Notes under the pieces: generated by a model
Databases searched by the model: none
What the model saw: the letters and a program-made list of their open reading frames with translations, nothing else
What the model was told of the DNA's origin: nothing
From: a virus
Taxonomy: Duplodnaviria; Caudoviricetes
Virus record (IMG/VR): IMGVR_UViG_3300038809_000015
Location: 1-41,860 of that record
DNA: 41,860 nucleotides
Strand: one strand, 5' to 3'
Part shown: positions 7,930 to 15,659 of the stretch, piece after piece
Layout: the number at the start of each line of letters is the position of its first letter
How positions within the stretch are numbered: position 1 is the stretch's first letter
Position numbers and translations under genes: made by a program

Positions 7930-8100
7930 ATGAAGTACCAGGTAATAACGAAAGACAACCCGCTTGAAGTATGGGCATCTGGTTTCTATGGCGACAGCGG
8001 GAAGCAAAAAGCTGAACGTATGGTTATTGAGGGTTACTGGCACCGAATCATGTACGAGAAGGATAAGCACAAAGAATTGTCTGTAGTACCCGCTAAATAA
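7930..8100 (+). CDS. Hypothetical 56-aa protein (not in ORF track)
   Basis: GAGGG SD; MKYQVITKDNPLEVWASGFYG...VPAK. Confidence 0.65.
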   Translation: MKYQVITKDNPLEVWASGFYGDSGKQKAERMVIEGYWHRIMYEKDKHKELSVVPAK

Positions 8101-8136
8101 CACCCACCGCGCCCTACGGGGCGCACTGAGGCAATC

Positions 8137-8235
8137 ATGAGTTTAAACGGATGGAAGGCAATGACCTATAGCGTGCTCATCGGCTTAGCCCTTTGGGTGG
8201 CAACTATTTCTTGCTGCGTATACATCGCCGGGTAA
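8137..8235 (+). CDS. 32-aa single-TM microprotein (not in ORF track)
   Basis: GAGG SD; MSLNGWKAMTYSVLIGLALWVATISCCVYIAG. Confidence 0.6.
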   Translation: MSLNGWKAMTYSVLIGLALWVATISCCVYIAG

Positions 8236-8244
8236 TACCGGCGT

Positions 8245-8332
8245 CTCACTTATCTGGTGGCGCATCATTCCGGTTCTAATTTTAACCTACACAGTATAAA
8301 TCCCCGGTTCGATGCGCCACCAGGTGCGTGAG
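8245..8332 (+). ncRNA. Long stem-loop element 2 (RNase III-like substrate)
   Basis: About 22-bp stem 8245-8266/8311-8332 with a 13-bp perfect core and a 44-nt loop. Confidence 0.5.
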
Positions 8333-8374
8333 TCATCACAAGCCAGCTCCGTAACACCTCCCTTGTCATCCTTT

Positions 8375-8399
8375 GCCCCGCTAGCCGGGGCTCTTTTTT
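8375..8399 (+). terminator. Intrinsic terminator (tL1-like)
   Basis: gccccg-ctagc-cggggc followed by tctttttt. Confidence 0.75.
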
Positions 8400-8406
8400 A
8401 CATCAA

Positions 8407-8486
8407 TAAAGGCGCAGCCCACCGCTCCAGAGTGCTGGAAACGTAGGGAAACCGAGCGCGCGCATCAACTCAGGCAGTGCCTTTAC
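8407..8486 (+). ncRNA. Structured element 3 (branched)
   Basis: taaaggcgc/gtgccttta closing stem; cgctc/gagcg stem enclosing ccag-agtg-ctgg and gg-gaaa-cc hairpins. Confidence 0.4.
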
Positions 8487-8500
8487 CCATGTAAATTTCA

Positions 8501-8728
8501 TTGAGAGGACATGTTATGCAAACCACCACACAATGCTGTGAGCACTGCGGTAAGACACGCGATGTAGAGAAGAAAGGCGTAAGCATTCAACGCTACGAAG
8601 ACGGCAGATATAAGACCGTGAGAATCCTCGTCTGCGCCGACACCTGCTCCAGCTTCTACGTCACACGCAACAACATCAAAACCCTGCAGCGCCGCCTGCA
8701 CACAATGCAGCGGAGGCCCGCATGGTAA
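8501..8728 (+). CDS. Small Zn-ribbon protein
   Basis: CEHC...CADTC; the true start is probably a later ATG behind GAGG. Confidence 0.65.
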   Translation: MRGHVMQTTTQCCEHCGKTRDVEKKGVSIQRYEDGRYKTVRILVCADTCSSFYVTRNNIKTLQRRLHTMQRRPAW

Positions 8729-8865
8729 CGCTCAACGCCCGCATTCAGCATAAGCACGATCTGACCGGGGGCGATTTTGCCCCGAAACGCCACCACGGCA
8801 AACACCTCTTTTACCTTCTCATTTTTACCCTGTGCTTGCTCACTGCTGGCGCTGTTTGGAGTTAA
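8722..8865 (+). CDS. 47-aa protein with C-terminal TM (not in ORF track)
   Basis: GGAGG SD; MVTLNARIQHKHDLTGGDF...LFYLLIFTLCLLTAGAVWS. Confidence 0.6.
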   Translation: MVTLNARIQHKHDLTGGDFAPKRHHGKHLFYLLIFTLCLLTAGAVWS

Positions 8866-8867
8866 TC

Positions 8868-9104
8868 ATGGAAAAGAAACCTCTCCCGCCGAGCCTGTGC
8901 GAACCGCGTTACCACATTGGCACCATCGTGAATTACTCAGATCACCGGGGTAAGGATGTTCAGGGCCAGATAGTCAGCGCCTGCGCACGTTGGACGGGTT
9001 TTAAAGACGGTTCGGCGTATGTCCTGACGTATGCCATCACCCACCCTTCAAGCAGCCGCCTGCAGCACCACAGCGAAAGCACAATCCACGGAGAGGTTGA
9101 ATAA
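8868..9104 (+). CDS. Hypothetical protein
   Basis: GGAG SD before MEKKPL; in operon. Confidence 0.6.
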   Translation: MEKKPLPPSLCEPRYHIGTIVNYSDHRGKDVQGQIVSACARWTGFKDGSAYVLTYAITHPSSSRLQHHSESTIHGEVE

Positions 9105-9107
9105 CAG

Positions 9108-9950
9108 ATGGCTAACTCATTTAAGCAGATGGCAAAGGACGGCACGATAAAACGTCCTGATGGGCGCATGACTATGAACCTGGACGATATCCACGTTCAG
9201 GAAGGCTTTAATAAGCGCGTGGAGAATGAACACACTCTGGCTGAGGATGAAAAACTCTTTCAGCACCTGATGAAAGGCAAACCGGTGCCTCCGCTTGAGG
9301 TAAGGGTTCGCGATGATGGCGGTGTTTGGGTTGTCGAAGGCCACCGCCGTCGCCGAGCTTATAGCCGCTGTCGTGACGCAGGCAAGCCAGTAGAGCGCAT
9401 ACAGATCATTCCGTTCACTGGAAATGATGTAGAGCGCATCGCTCGCATCATGAACAGTAACACCCAACTCCCTCTATCCCCTTACGAACAGTCACTCGTT
9501 GTAAAAGAGCTGGCCGGGTTCAATCTTTCCCCCGATGAAATTGCCGCGTTGGTCGGTAAGAGCCGCGCTACGGTCGATAAGTTACTGGCATTCAGTCAGG
9601 CCAATCACGACGTTCAGACGCTCGTTAGAGAGGGCTCTGTTGCCGTTGACGCCGCTGTAGACCGCGTAAAAGAGCACGGCGAAGCTGCAGGAAAAGTGCT
9701 TGCTGTTGACGTCGAAAAGGCAAAGAAAGCAGGCAAAAAGAAGGTCACCAAGTCCTTTATCACTCCCCTATTCAGCGCCACCCGCGCACGCAGATTATGC
9801 GAACTGCTTTATGACGCTACCCCTATGCTCCGTGAAGAGGGTGACGTTCTGCTGCTGACGCCGGGAACCAGAGAGGAAATAAACAAAATCCTCAACGAGT
9901 ACCGGCAACAGAACCCTGCCCAGGAGGCCAGCGATGATCAAGCGCTTTAA
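9108..9950 (+). CDS. ParB/Srx-like DNA-binding protein
   Basis: GFNKR...VPPLEV...VVEGHRRRRA Arg patch, then an HTH (SPDEIAALVGKSRATV). Confidence 0.8.
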   Translation: MANSFKQMAKDGTIKRPDGRMTMNLDDIHVQEGFNKRVENEHTLAEDEKLFQHLMKGKPVPPLEVRVRDDGGVWVVEGHRRRRAYSRCRDAGKPVERIQIIPFTGNDVERIARIMNSNTQLPLSPYEQSLVVKELAGFNLSPDEIAALVGKSRATVDKLLAFSQANHDVQTLVREGSVAVDAAVDRVKEHGEAAGKVLAVDVEKAKKAGKKKVTKSFITPLFSATRARRLCELLYDATPMLREEGDVLLLTPGTREEINKILNEYRQQNPAQEASDDQAL

Positions 9951-10392
9951 CCCTGACTTTTCACTGAGCATTTCTCATGAGCTCGCTTACATGCGTGAAA
10001 CCCCGGAGGGCGGCTACGTGGCGCACGGTGACTATGCAACGTTGTTTTCTGAGCTGGAAGTTGTGAAGGCTGAGCGCGATGCGCTGCTGGTAGAGAATGC
10101 GGCGCTGAAGGGAGTTGTTGGAGAAATCAACGAGGAGCTCTACGACAAAGGATTCGAAGTTGCCGGGTGGCATCTGAATGGCGACCTTGAGCCTCTTGAT
10201 AATTGGTTCACAGATAACGGTTGGGGGAGTCCAGAAACCCCAGTCACTGACGCCGCCCTTGCAGCTATCGAAGCGCGGGGAGTGGAGAGGGCAATTGATC
10301 TTCTGCTGAATAAATTCTCCGGTACCGGACATATCGGCGTCCCTGTAATGGCGCTGGAATCGTTAGCTGTCGAGCTGCGGGAGGCCAAATGA
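9934..10392 (+). CDS. Ead/Ea22-like accessory protein
   Basis: Coiled coil (ERDALLVENAALK) and ETPVTDAALAAIEARGVE motif. Confidence 0.6.
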   Translation: MIKRFNPDFSLSISHELAYMRETPEGGYVAHGDYATLFSELEVVKAERDALLVENAALKGVVGEINEELYDKGFEVAGWHLNGDLEPLDNWFTDNGWGSPETPVTDAALAAIEARGVERAIDLLLNKFSGTGHIGVPVMALESLAVELREAK

Positions 10393-10832
10393 AAGCAATT
10401 TCAATCCGCCAGCCCTGGGCCTGGCTAATCGTCAACGGCTATAAAGACATCGAGAACCGCACCTGGAACACAAAATTCAGGGGACCGGTGCTAATCCACG
10501 CCAGTGCCGCCAAGCCGTCAAAAGAAGACATAGCTATCGCTGCGAACATCCTCTTCAAGCTGCGCGGTTGGTCACGCCACTTGCCGGATAGAGACAGTTT
10601 CTATCGTGGCGGTATCGTTGGTGTGGCGACTATCACGGACTGCGTGAACGAGAGCGGGTCACCTTGGTTTTTTGGACCTGTTGGCTTCCAGCTTGCCGAT
10701 GCGCATGAGCTACCGTTCAGGCCGATGAAAGGCCGCTTGAGCTTTTTCGAAACGCACCAGCGACCGCACAAAGCGTTTTCTCTGCTTGTGCCAGAAGAAT
10801 ATCAAGATGCCACCGAGGGAGGTGTCTTGTGA
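10389..10832 (+). CDS. ASCH-domain protein
   Basis: KAISIRQPWAWLIVNGYKDIENRTW (GxKxxExR), RGPVLIHAS. Confidence 0.88.
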   Translation: MKAISIRQPWAWLIVNGYKDIENRTWNTKFRGPVLIHASAAKPSKEDIAIAANILFKLRGWSRHLPDRDSFYRGGIVGVATITDCVNESGSPWFFGPVGFQLADAHELPFRPMKGRLSFFETHQRPHKAFSLLVPEEYQDATEGGVL

Positions 10833-11032
10833 TATCAGCAAACTACACAGCCCATCTTTACTGCGACTGCGAAAAGTGCGCTGCAAGTTTCATCACCTCG
10901 GCCAAAGACGAGTTTACCGGGGAATCATGGTCACAATGCGCCAAAGAGGCGCGAGCTGAAGGCTGGCGTATCAGCGCAAATCGCGAGCGCTGTTATGCAC
11001 CTGGTCACAAAATCCAACGGGGAGGTGCGTGA
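10829..11032 (+). CDS. Small Cys-rich protein
   Basis: YCDCEKC...C...ARAEGW...CYAP; coupled overlaps. Confidence 0.6.
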   Translation: MISANYTAHLYCDCEKCAASFITSAKDEFTGESWSQCAKEARAEGWRISANRERCYAPGHKIQRGGA

Positions 11033-11358
11033 TGCCAGCAAATGAACTGAAGCCAACTCTGGCCGATTGGTTAGGAAGTGGTGAATACCTTCCCGAGTTC
11101 ATGCGCGACTTCCATGACCAAAAGGATGTGTTCAAAGCCATGCACCACATCATCAAAAACGCAGACGAAAATGGCAACGCGCGTGATGGCCACATCTACG
11201 TTGTCGATACCTTCCTGTGGTATATGGCCAGATGCGGATACACCTTGCAGCGCAGTAGAAAACAGGTCGAGTTTCGTGACATGGAAGGCGATATCGACAA
11301 GATGAAAAATGATGTTTATTCAGCCTTCTCAAAATTGGTGGAGGCCCAGCATGGCTAA
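11029..11358 (+). CDS. Hypothetical phage protein
   Basis: GTGA overlap, GGAGG SD. Confidence 0.65.
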   Translation: MMPANELKPTLADWLGSGEYLPEFMRDFHDQKDVFKAMHHIIKNADENGNARDGHIYVVDTFLWYMARCGYTLQRSRKQVEFRDMEGDIDKMKNDVYSAFSKLVEAQHG

Positions 11359-11360
11359 GC
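11340..11360 (+). repeat. 21-bp direct repeat, copy 1
   Basis: ggaggcccagcatggctaagc, identical at 12046-12066. Confidence 0.9.
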
Positions 11361-12064
11361 CAAAGGCAATCTTCCTCTACGACTTCACCGGTCTGATGGC
11401 AAAACCTTGGCTTGATGCAGGCTATGAGTGCTGGTGTTTCGATGGACAGCATGAACCAGGCATCAATCGCGAGGGTAATTTGGTGAAGGTTGGGATGTGG
11501 TTTGAGGCAGAGAAGAAGATTACGCAAGCGAAACAAATTTCTGAGTTGGTAGGTGACGGCGTGGTGATGGTGTTCGGGTTCCCGGAGTGTACCGATCTGA
11601 CCGTTGCCGGGGCCCGCCATTTCGAGGCTAAGCGCCAGGCTAACCCGATGTTCCAGATTGAAGCGGCAGAGCTTGCCGACCTAGTACGCATCGTGGGCGT
11701 TATCACCGGAGCACCATGGGCATTTGAAAATCCGGTTGGCGTGCTGTCGAGCATCTACCGCAAGCCAGATTTCTCGTTCCAACCGTGCCATTACGCTGGT
11801 TATCTGCCTGAGGGTGATGAGCACCCGCTTTACCCGGAGGTTTACCCTGGGCGCGACCGCTACAACAAGACGACAAATATCTGGTGCGGCAACGGATTCA
11901 AGAAGCCGAATGACCGATATATCGAACCGGCACAGAAAGATAACCCAGGCTGGCGTCTGTGTGGCGGCAAGTCAATACGAACCAAGAACATTCGCAGTGC
12001 AACTCCTAGGGGGTTTGCTCAGGCGGTGTTTGAGGCTAATTCGAAGGAGGCCCAGCATGGCTAA
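11351..12064 (+). CDS. Orphan C5-cytosine DNA methyltransferase-like protein
   Basis: Motif I-like FLYDFTG, motif IV-like GFPECT, motif VI FENPVG, C-terminal RSATPRGFA. Confidence 0.7.
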   Translation: MAKPKAIFLYDFTGLMAKPWLDAGYECWCFDGQHEPGINREGNLVKVGMWFEAEKKITQAKQISELVGDGVVMVFGFPECTDLTVAGARHFEAKRQANPMFQIEAAELADLVRIVGVITGAPWAFENPVGVLSSIYRKPDFSFQPCHYAGYLPEGDEHPLYPEVYPGRDRYNKTTNIWCGNGFKKPNDRYIEPAQKDNPGWRLCGGKSIRTKNIRSATPRGFAQAVFEANSKEAQHG

Positions 12065-12066
12065 GC
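12046..12066 (+). repeat. 21-bp direct repeat, copy 2
   Basis: Identical to 11340-11360. Confidence 0.9.
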
Positions 12067-12266
12067 GTAAGAGCAACAGAGCGGCGCGTCGGTTGTTGGC
12101 GCGGCACAAATGCCCTAACTCCTTCCGCATCAGTAATCGCCGATGGATGGAATTTAGCAGCAACTATCCATTCATATTTGAATTCGCCAAGCCATCCCGC
12201 AGCCAGCGCCGCGCTGCAAAGGTCATTCAGGCATTGCGGGCTGAAGCCCAGGAGAAAGCATTATGA
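12057..12266 (+). CDS. Basic Arg-rich small protein
   Basis: MAKRKSNRAARRLL... behind GGAGG. Confidence 0.6.
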   Translation: MAKRKSNRAARRLLARHKCPNSFRISNRRWMEFSSNYPFIFEFAKPSRSQRRAAKVIQALRAEAQEKAL

Positions 12267-12496
12267 GCAAGATAAAAACGATGGGTGCCAGCCCGCTGAC
12301 CGGGAATATTTATTACGGCACGGTAGATATGGAGAAATCCCGATACGTTGGAAAGAAAACTGATGTGACAGATATGGCATGTGAGGCTGTTGCTGAACAC
12401 CTGTTTCACACGCAAAAGAGCAAGGTTTACCGCCTCAAGGATGGTCGTGAATTGGTGATAAGCGTACAGGTTCGGGAGGTCAAAGATGGACAATAA
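12263..12496 (+). CDS. Hypothetical phage protein
   Basis: ATGA overlap; GASPLTGNIYYG...KTDVTD. Confidence 0.65.
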   Translation: MSKIKTMGASPLTGNIYYGTVDMEKSRYVGKKTDVTDMACEAVAEHLFHTQKSKVYRLKDGRELVISVQVREVKDGQ

Positions 12497-12869
12497 GCTG
12501 AGCGAACCTAGCGACAACATTACTGACACTCTTAACTCATTGAGGGGGTGGAAGCAACTAGCCGAAGCAGCAGAGAAGCGTATATCCGCCCTGCTGGCAG
12601 AGCTGGAAGCCAAAGCGCAGTGCATCACAGGGCTTGAGCGTTACGTAAAAGAACTTGAGGCAACGCTGATAGCGGCAACAGATGAGGTTGCAGACCTCAC
12701 AAGAGAACGCGATGAAGCGCGCGCCAAACTGGCTACGCCGGTGCGGTTGAGTGAGTTATGCGGTGATGGCGAGAATGACAACGAATACACCGAAGGGCTC
12801 AACGACGGAATAAACCAAAGCGCCAAGGCCATACGTGCCGCTGGCTTCAAGTGCGTGGGGGATGAGTAG
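12486..12869 (+). CDS. Coiled-coil Ead/Ea22-like protein
   Basis: Heptad-rich; C-terminal AIRAAGF. Confidence 0.6.
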   Translation: MDNKLSEPSDNITDTLNSLRGWKQLAEAAEKRISALLAELEAKAQCITGLERYVKELEATLIAATDEVADLTRERDEARAKLATPVRLSELCGDGENDNEYTEGLNDGINQSAKAIRAAGFKCVGDE

Positions 12870-13028
12870 ATGCGTGACTGGAGACGGGTTGTGCGCGACA
12901 TGGAGCGTGAAGAAGAGCGCAGGCGCTCTTTAGTAAAAAATATTCCGGGTGAATCACGTAATAAAAAATGCCCGTGCGGTAGCGGTAGAAAGGCTAAGAA
13001 CTGCCAGTGCGACACATTTAAGGGGTAA
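12870..13028 (+). CDS. 52-aa SEC-C motif protein (not in ORF track)
   Basis: RNKKCPCGSGRKAKNCQC matches the SEC-C pattern; fills the gap between neighbours exactly. Confidence 0.75.
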   Translation: MRDWRRVVRDMEREEERRRSLVKNIPGESRNKKCPCGSGRKAKNCQCDTFKG

Positions 13029-13030
13029 AC

Positions 13031-13774
13031 ATGACACAGACACTAACGACTAACGAGCTGCGCCAAATCGTAGAAACTGACCACGTACAGTGCGGCGATG
13101 CTGCAGCAATGGCCCGCGAACTCCTGGCTAACCGGGAGGCGCAGCCGGTGGCAGTAACAGACGAAATGGCGCTGGCATTCCACAGAGCACTGAATGACGG
13201 CGGTATTGGTGAATCCGACCTGGAGGAAATCAAAGCCGGCCTGCGTGGTGCGCTGTGCAACATCACCGCCCCGCCAGCGCCAGTAGTGCCAACTCCTGTC
13301 AATTTCAGTGAGAACTCCGACGCTGATATGTGTCGGGCATGGGCATGGGAGCGCGTTAAAGAAATGGTCACTACTGACGGCTGGGACGCAGGAGATAGCG
13401 CCAACTTTTTCGCTTTCTTCTGCTGGGGTTGGGATATGCGCCGCCAGTACAACGAACAGCGACCGCCAGCAGTGCCGCAGGACTATTTCGGAGCATTGGT
13501 GGAAAAGGCTCGCGTGTCAGCAGATAAGGCAATGCAGAAATACCCACAGCCGAACTATGTGCTGAACAAAGTCGCGGAAGAAAGCGGTGAAGTTATCAAA
13601 GCGGTGATTCATTACACCGAAGGCCGTGAAGAGTGGGCGAACGTCGAAGGCGAGATCATTGATAATCTGGCTATGCTGATTCGCCTGGTCATTGAAGGGG
13701 ATCAGGTTATCGGATTCACCCCTCCAGACGCCTGCCGCGCCGCAATGCTGGCAGCACCGGAGGGCGGCAATTGA
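13031..13774 (+). CDS. Eaa-like mosaic protein with C-terminal MazG-like helical domain
   Basis: N-terminal MARELLANREAQPVA; KVAEESGEV...EGEIID resembles the EExxE...ExxD motif. Confidence 0.6.
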   Translation: MTQTLTTNELRQIVETDHVQCGDAAAMARELLANREAQPVAVTDEMALAFHRALNDGGIGESDLEEIKAGLRGALCNITAPPAPVVPTPVNFSENSDADMCRAWAWERVKEMVTTDGWDAGDSANFFAFFCWGWDMRRQYNEQRPPAVPQDYFGALVEKARVSADKAMQKYPQPNYVLNKVAEESGEVIKAVIHYTEGREEWANVEGEIIDNLAMLIRLVIEGDQVIGFTPPDACRAAMLAAPEGGN

Positions 13775-13814
13775 CTCCCGCTCAACCATAATTATACTGT
13801 ATGCATAAACAGCA
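13771..13814 (+). promoter_or_regulatory. SOS promoter with LexA box 2
   Basis: TTGACT-16 nt-TATACT; ta-CTG tatgcataaa CAG-ca at 13797-13812 overlaps the -10. Confidence 0.85.
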
Positions 13815-13831
13815 TTCATTGTGGTGTAAGC

Positions 13832-14092
13832 ATGACAACAAAAAACGGCCTCGGCTATCAAGTCGTCTATCGCGGCGAAACCCTCCCCAATTTCGTAGAA
13901 GGCGGCTGGGTGTTCTTCCAACGCCTCAAGGAGTACGGAGGCGGATACTGGCTCGGGCGTACATACAACGATGCGTTCATATTCGGGCTTGAGCGTCCAA
14001 CGTCGCTGTTTGAAGGTATCCAATTCATCCTGGCTTCAAGGTCAGTCGAGCGAAACGCAGACCAGTTTGACGACGATTTCACCCTCTTCTAA
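13832..14092 (+). CDS. LexA-regulated 86-aa protein, candidate antirepressor
   Basis: First ORF after the SOS promoter; function inferred from context. Confidence 0.6.
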   Translation: MTTKNGLGYQVVYRGETLPNFVEGGWVFFQRLKEYGGGYWLGRTYNDAFIFGLERPTSLFEGIQFILASRSVERNADQFDDDFTLF

Positions 14093-14107
14093 GAAGGAAA
14101 CCACACA

Positions 14108-14326
14108 TTGCTGCTAATGCCAGACGATAACGAAATTCTCGAACGGCTCAGCGCTACCGGCTCCACCCCTGATTCAGTTGCAAACCTTCTCCGCTGTGCT
14201 GGTTACAAAGGTATTACCGGCATAGCCATACGCAGACGGCTAATCAGGCTGGAAAAAGAAAAGGCTGTTGAGCGCGTTCGCCGCCCAGACATCAAAAAAA
14301 TCTGCTGGGCACCAACCACCAAATAA
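14108..14326 (+). CDS. Small winged-HTH-like protein
   Basis: IRRRLIRLEKEKAVERV pattern; AAGGA SD. Confidence 0.5.
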   Translation: MLLMPDDNEILERLSATGSTPDSVANLLRCAGYKGITGIAIRRRLIRLEKEKAVERVRRPDIKKICWAPTTK

Positions 14327-14345
14327 CGCTTCCCCACCGGACAAA

Positions 14346-14561
14346 ATGAAACCTCGAATTCCACAACGAATCAGCATCAAAGCTGAGGGGGTTCTATGCG
14401 CCTATAAGGCTGGCAAAAAGACACCCGCACGAACATACCAGCATAACCACTTAACACTGCCTGTGGCCCGCTGCTGGCGTTTGCTTTCAAAAGACAATGG
14501 CCATTCATGGGTAGTTATGAGTCATGAGCGGTACAACACACAGATAAGGATCAGAGCATGA
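14346..14561 (+). CDS. Small basic protein (possibly RelE/ParE-like fold)
   Basis: LTLPVARCWRLLSKDNGHSWVVMSHERYN; fold call tentative. Confidence 0.5.
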   Translation: MKPRIPQRISIKAEGVLCAYKAGKKTPARTYQHNHLTLPVARCWRLLSKDNGHSWVVMSHERYNTQIRIRA

Positions 14562-14938
14562 CCAATTATGAACTCCTGCAGTACCTGATTGCTGACGGTG
14601 GTTTTTACATCCGGGATGAGCACATAACCTTGCTCAGAAAAGCCTTCCCTAACGAAAACATCACGCCATCCAGAATATCGGCGTTGCGCTGCTCAATAAC
14701 CCAGTCCAAGTACGTCACCGCTGAAATCGTCTATATCAGATCTAATATCCGCGCCTTGAAGGTTTTAGCCGTAGATCCTCAGTACCAAAACTATGCCAGA
14801 GCCAGACCAAAAGAAAGCTTCCAGAAAATCACTGATAGCTATCTACGAAGCGAACCGCCAGAAGTTGTCCGTCACATTCTTCTCGTCCAGCAATTCAACA
14901 AGCTACTCGCACCAGTAACCCACCAGCGCGCCTACTAA
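14558..14938 (+). CDS. Hypothetical protein
   Basis: ATGA overlap, AAGGA SD. Confidence 0.6.
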   Translation: MTNYELLQYLIADGGFYIRDEHITLLRKAFPNENITPSRISALRCSITQSKYVTAEIVYIRSNIRALKVLAVDPQYQNYARARPKESFQKITDSYLRSEPPEVVRHILLVQQFNKLLAPVTHQRAY

Positions 14939-14953
14939 TACCGGAGCATCATC

Positions 14954-15133
14954 ATGACATTTGGATATAAAAACTTAGCGCACCAGGCCGCTGAGGCGGA
15001 ACGCCGTGCCCATTATGCCGATGCGGCCAGTATTTGGCTTAAAGCATTCGGAGTAGCTCGCGCAGTCGATGTTGCATGGGTACAAATACGTATCGATTTT
15101 TGTGTCAACGCCGCATCGCGCAACTGGGGGTAA
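14954..15133 (+). CDS. ANR/PerC-like small regulator (59 aa; not in ORF track)
   Basis: AAEAERRAHYADAASIWLKA...WVQIRIDFC. Confidence 0.65.
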   Translation: MTFGYKNLAHQAAEAERRAHYADAASIWLKAFGVARAVDVAWVQIRIDFCVNAASRNWG

Positions 15134-15139
15134 TTCTCA

Positions 15140-15655
15140 ATGAGCAAAGTTAACACTAAAAAAGAGGAATCTCTTTCTCTTGAAGTCCTCAAAAACCTGC
15201 TTAATTACGATCCAAAATCTGGTGAATTTAGATGGCTGAAGAACCGTTCGTCAAAAGCAAAGGCTGGTCAAGTCGCCGGTTCAGTTTGCAAGGATGGCTA
15301 TCGGCATATCAAGGTCAATGGCATGAACTATAAGGCGCATAGACTTGCCTGGTTCTACTGTCACGGAGTATGGCCAGACAGTGAAATTGATCACCAGTTT
15401 CATGATAGAGACGACAATAGAGCCAAATTCATACGCAAGGCAACACCTAGCGAAAATAGCATGAACCGAAGCGTTAGGAATGATAACTCCAGCGGGTTTA
15501 AGGGTGTTTCCTGGAATAAAAAGAGCAAGAAATGGTCGGCAGAAATTACATCTAAAGGGAAACGAATGTTCCTTGGTTTTTTCGAACATCCTGAACTGGC
15601 AGCAGAGGCTTATAGAAAAGCCGCAGAAGAACATCACGGCAAATTTGGAGGGTGA
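15140..15655 (+). CDS. Second HNH-AP2 endonuclease
   Basis: AHRLAW, IDH...DNR...ENSMN, SGFKGVSW...LGFF...AAEAY. Confidence 0.9.
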   Translation: MSKVNTKKEESLSLEVLKNLLNYDPKSGEFRWLKNRSSKAKAGQVAGSVCKDGYRHIKVNGMNYKAHRLAWFYCHGVWPDSEIDHQFHDRDDNRAKFIRKATPSENSMNRSVRNDNSSGFKGVSWNKKSKKWSAEITSKGKRMFLGFFEHPELAAEAYRKAAEEHHGKFGG

Positions 15656-15659
15656 AAAG

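Noticed and set aside
7204-7930. Group I intron or IscB/omega-RNA element around the HNH gene
   Set aside because: No interrupted host gene, no recognisable intron core, and no RuvC or PLMP motifs; the protein is a plain HNH-AP2
12057-12266. Arg-rich ORF as the missing N antiterminator
   Set aside because: Lies about 3.7 kb downstream of the first PL terminator, so it could not be made before antitermination is needed; not excluded as an RNA binder
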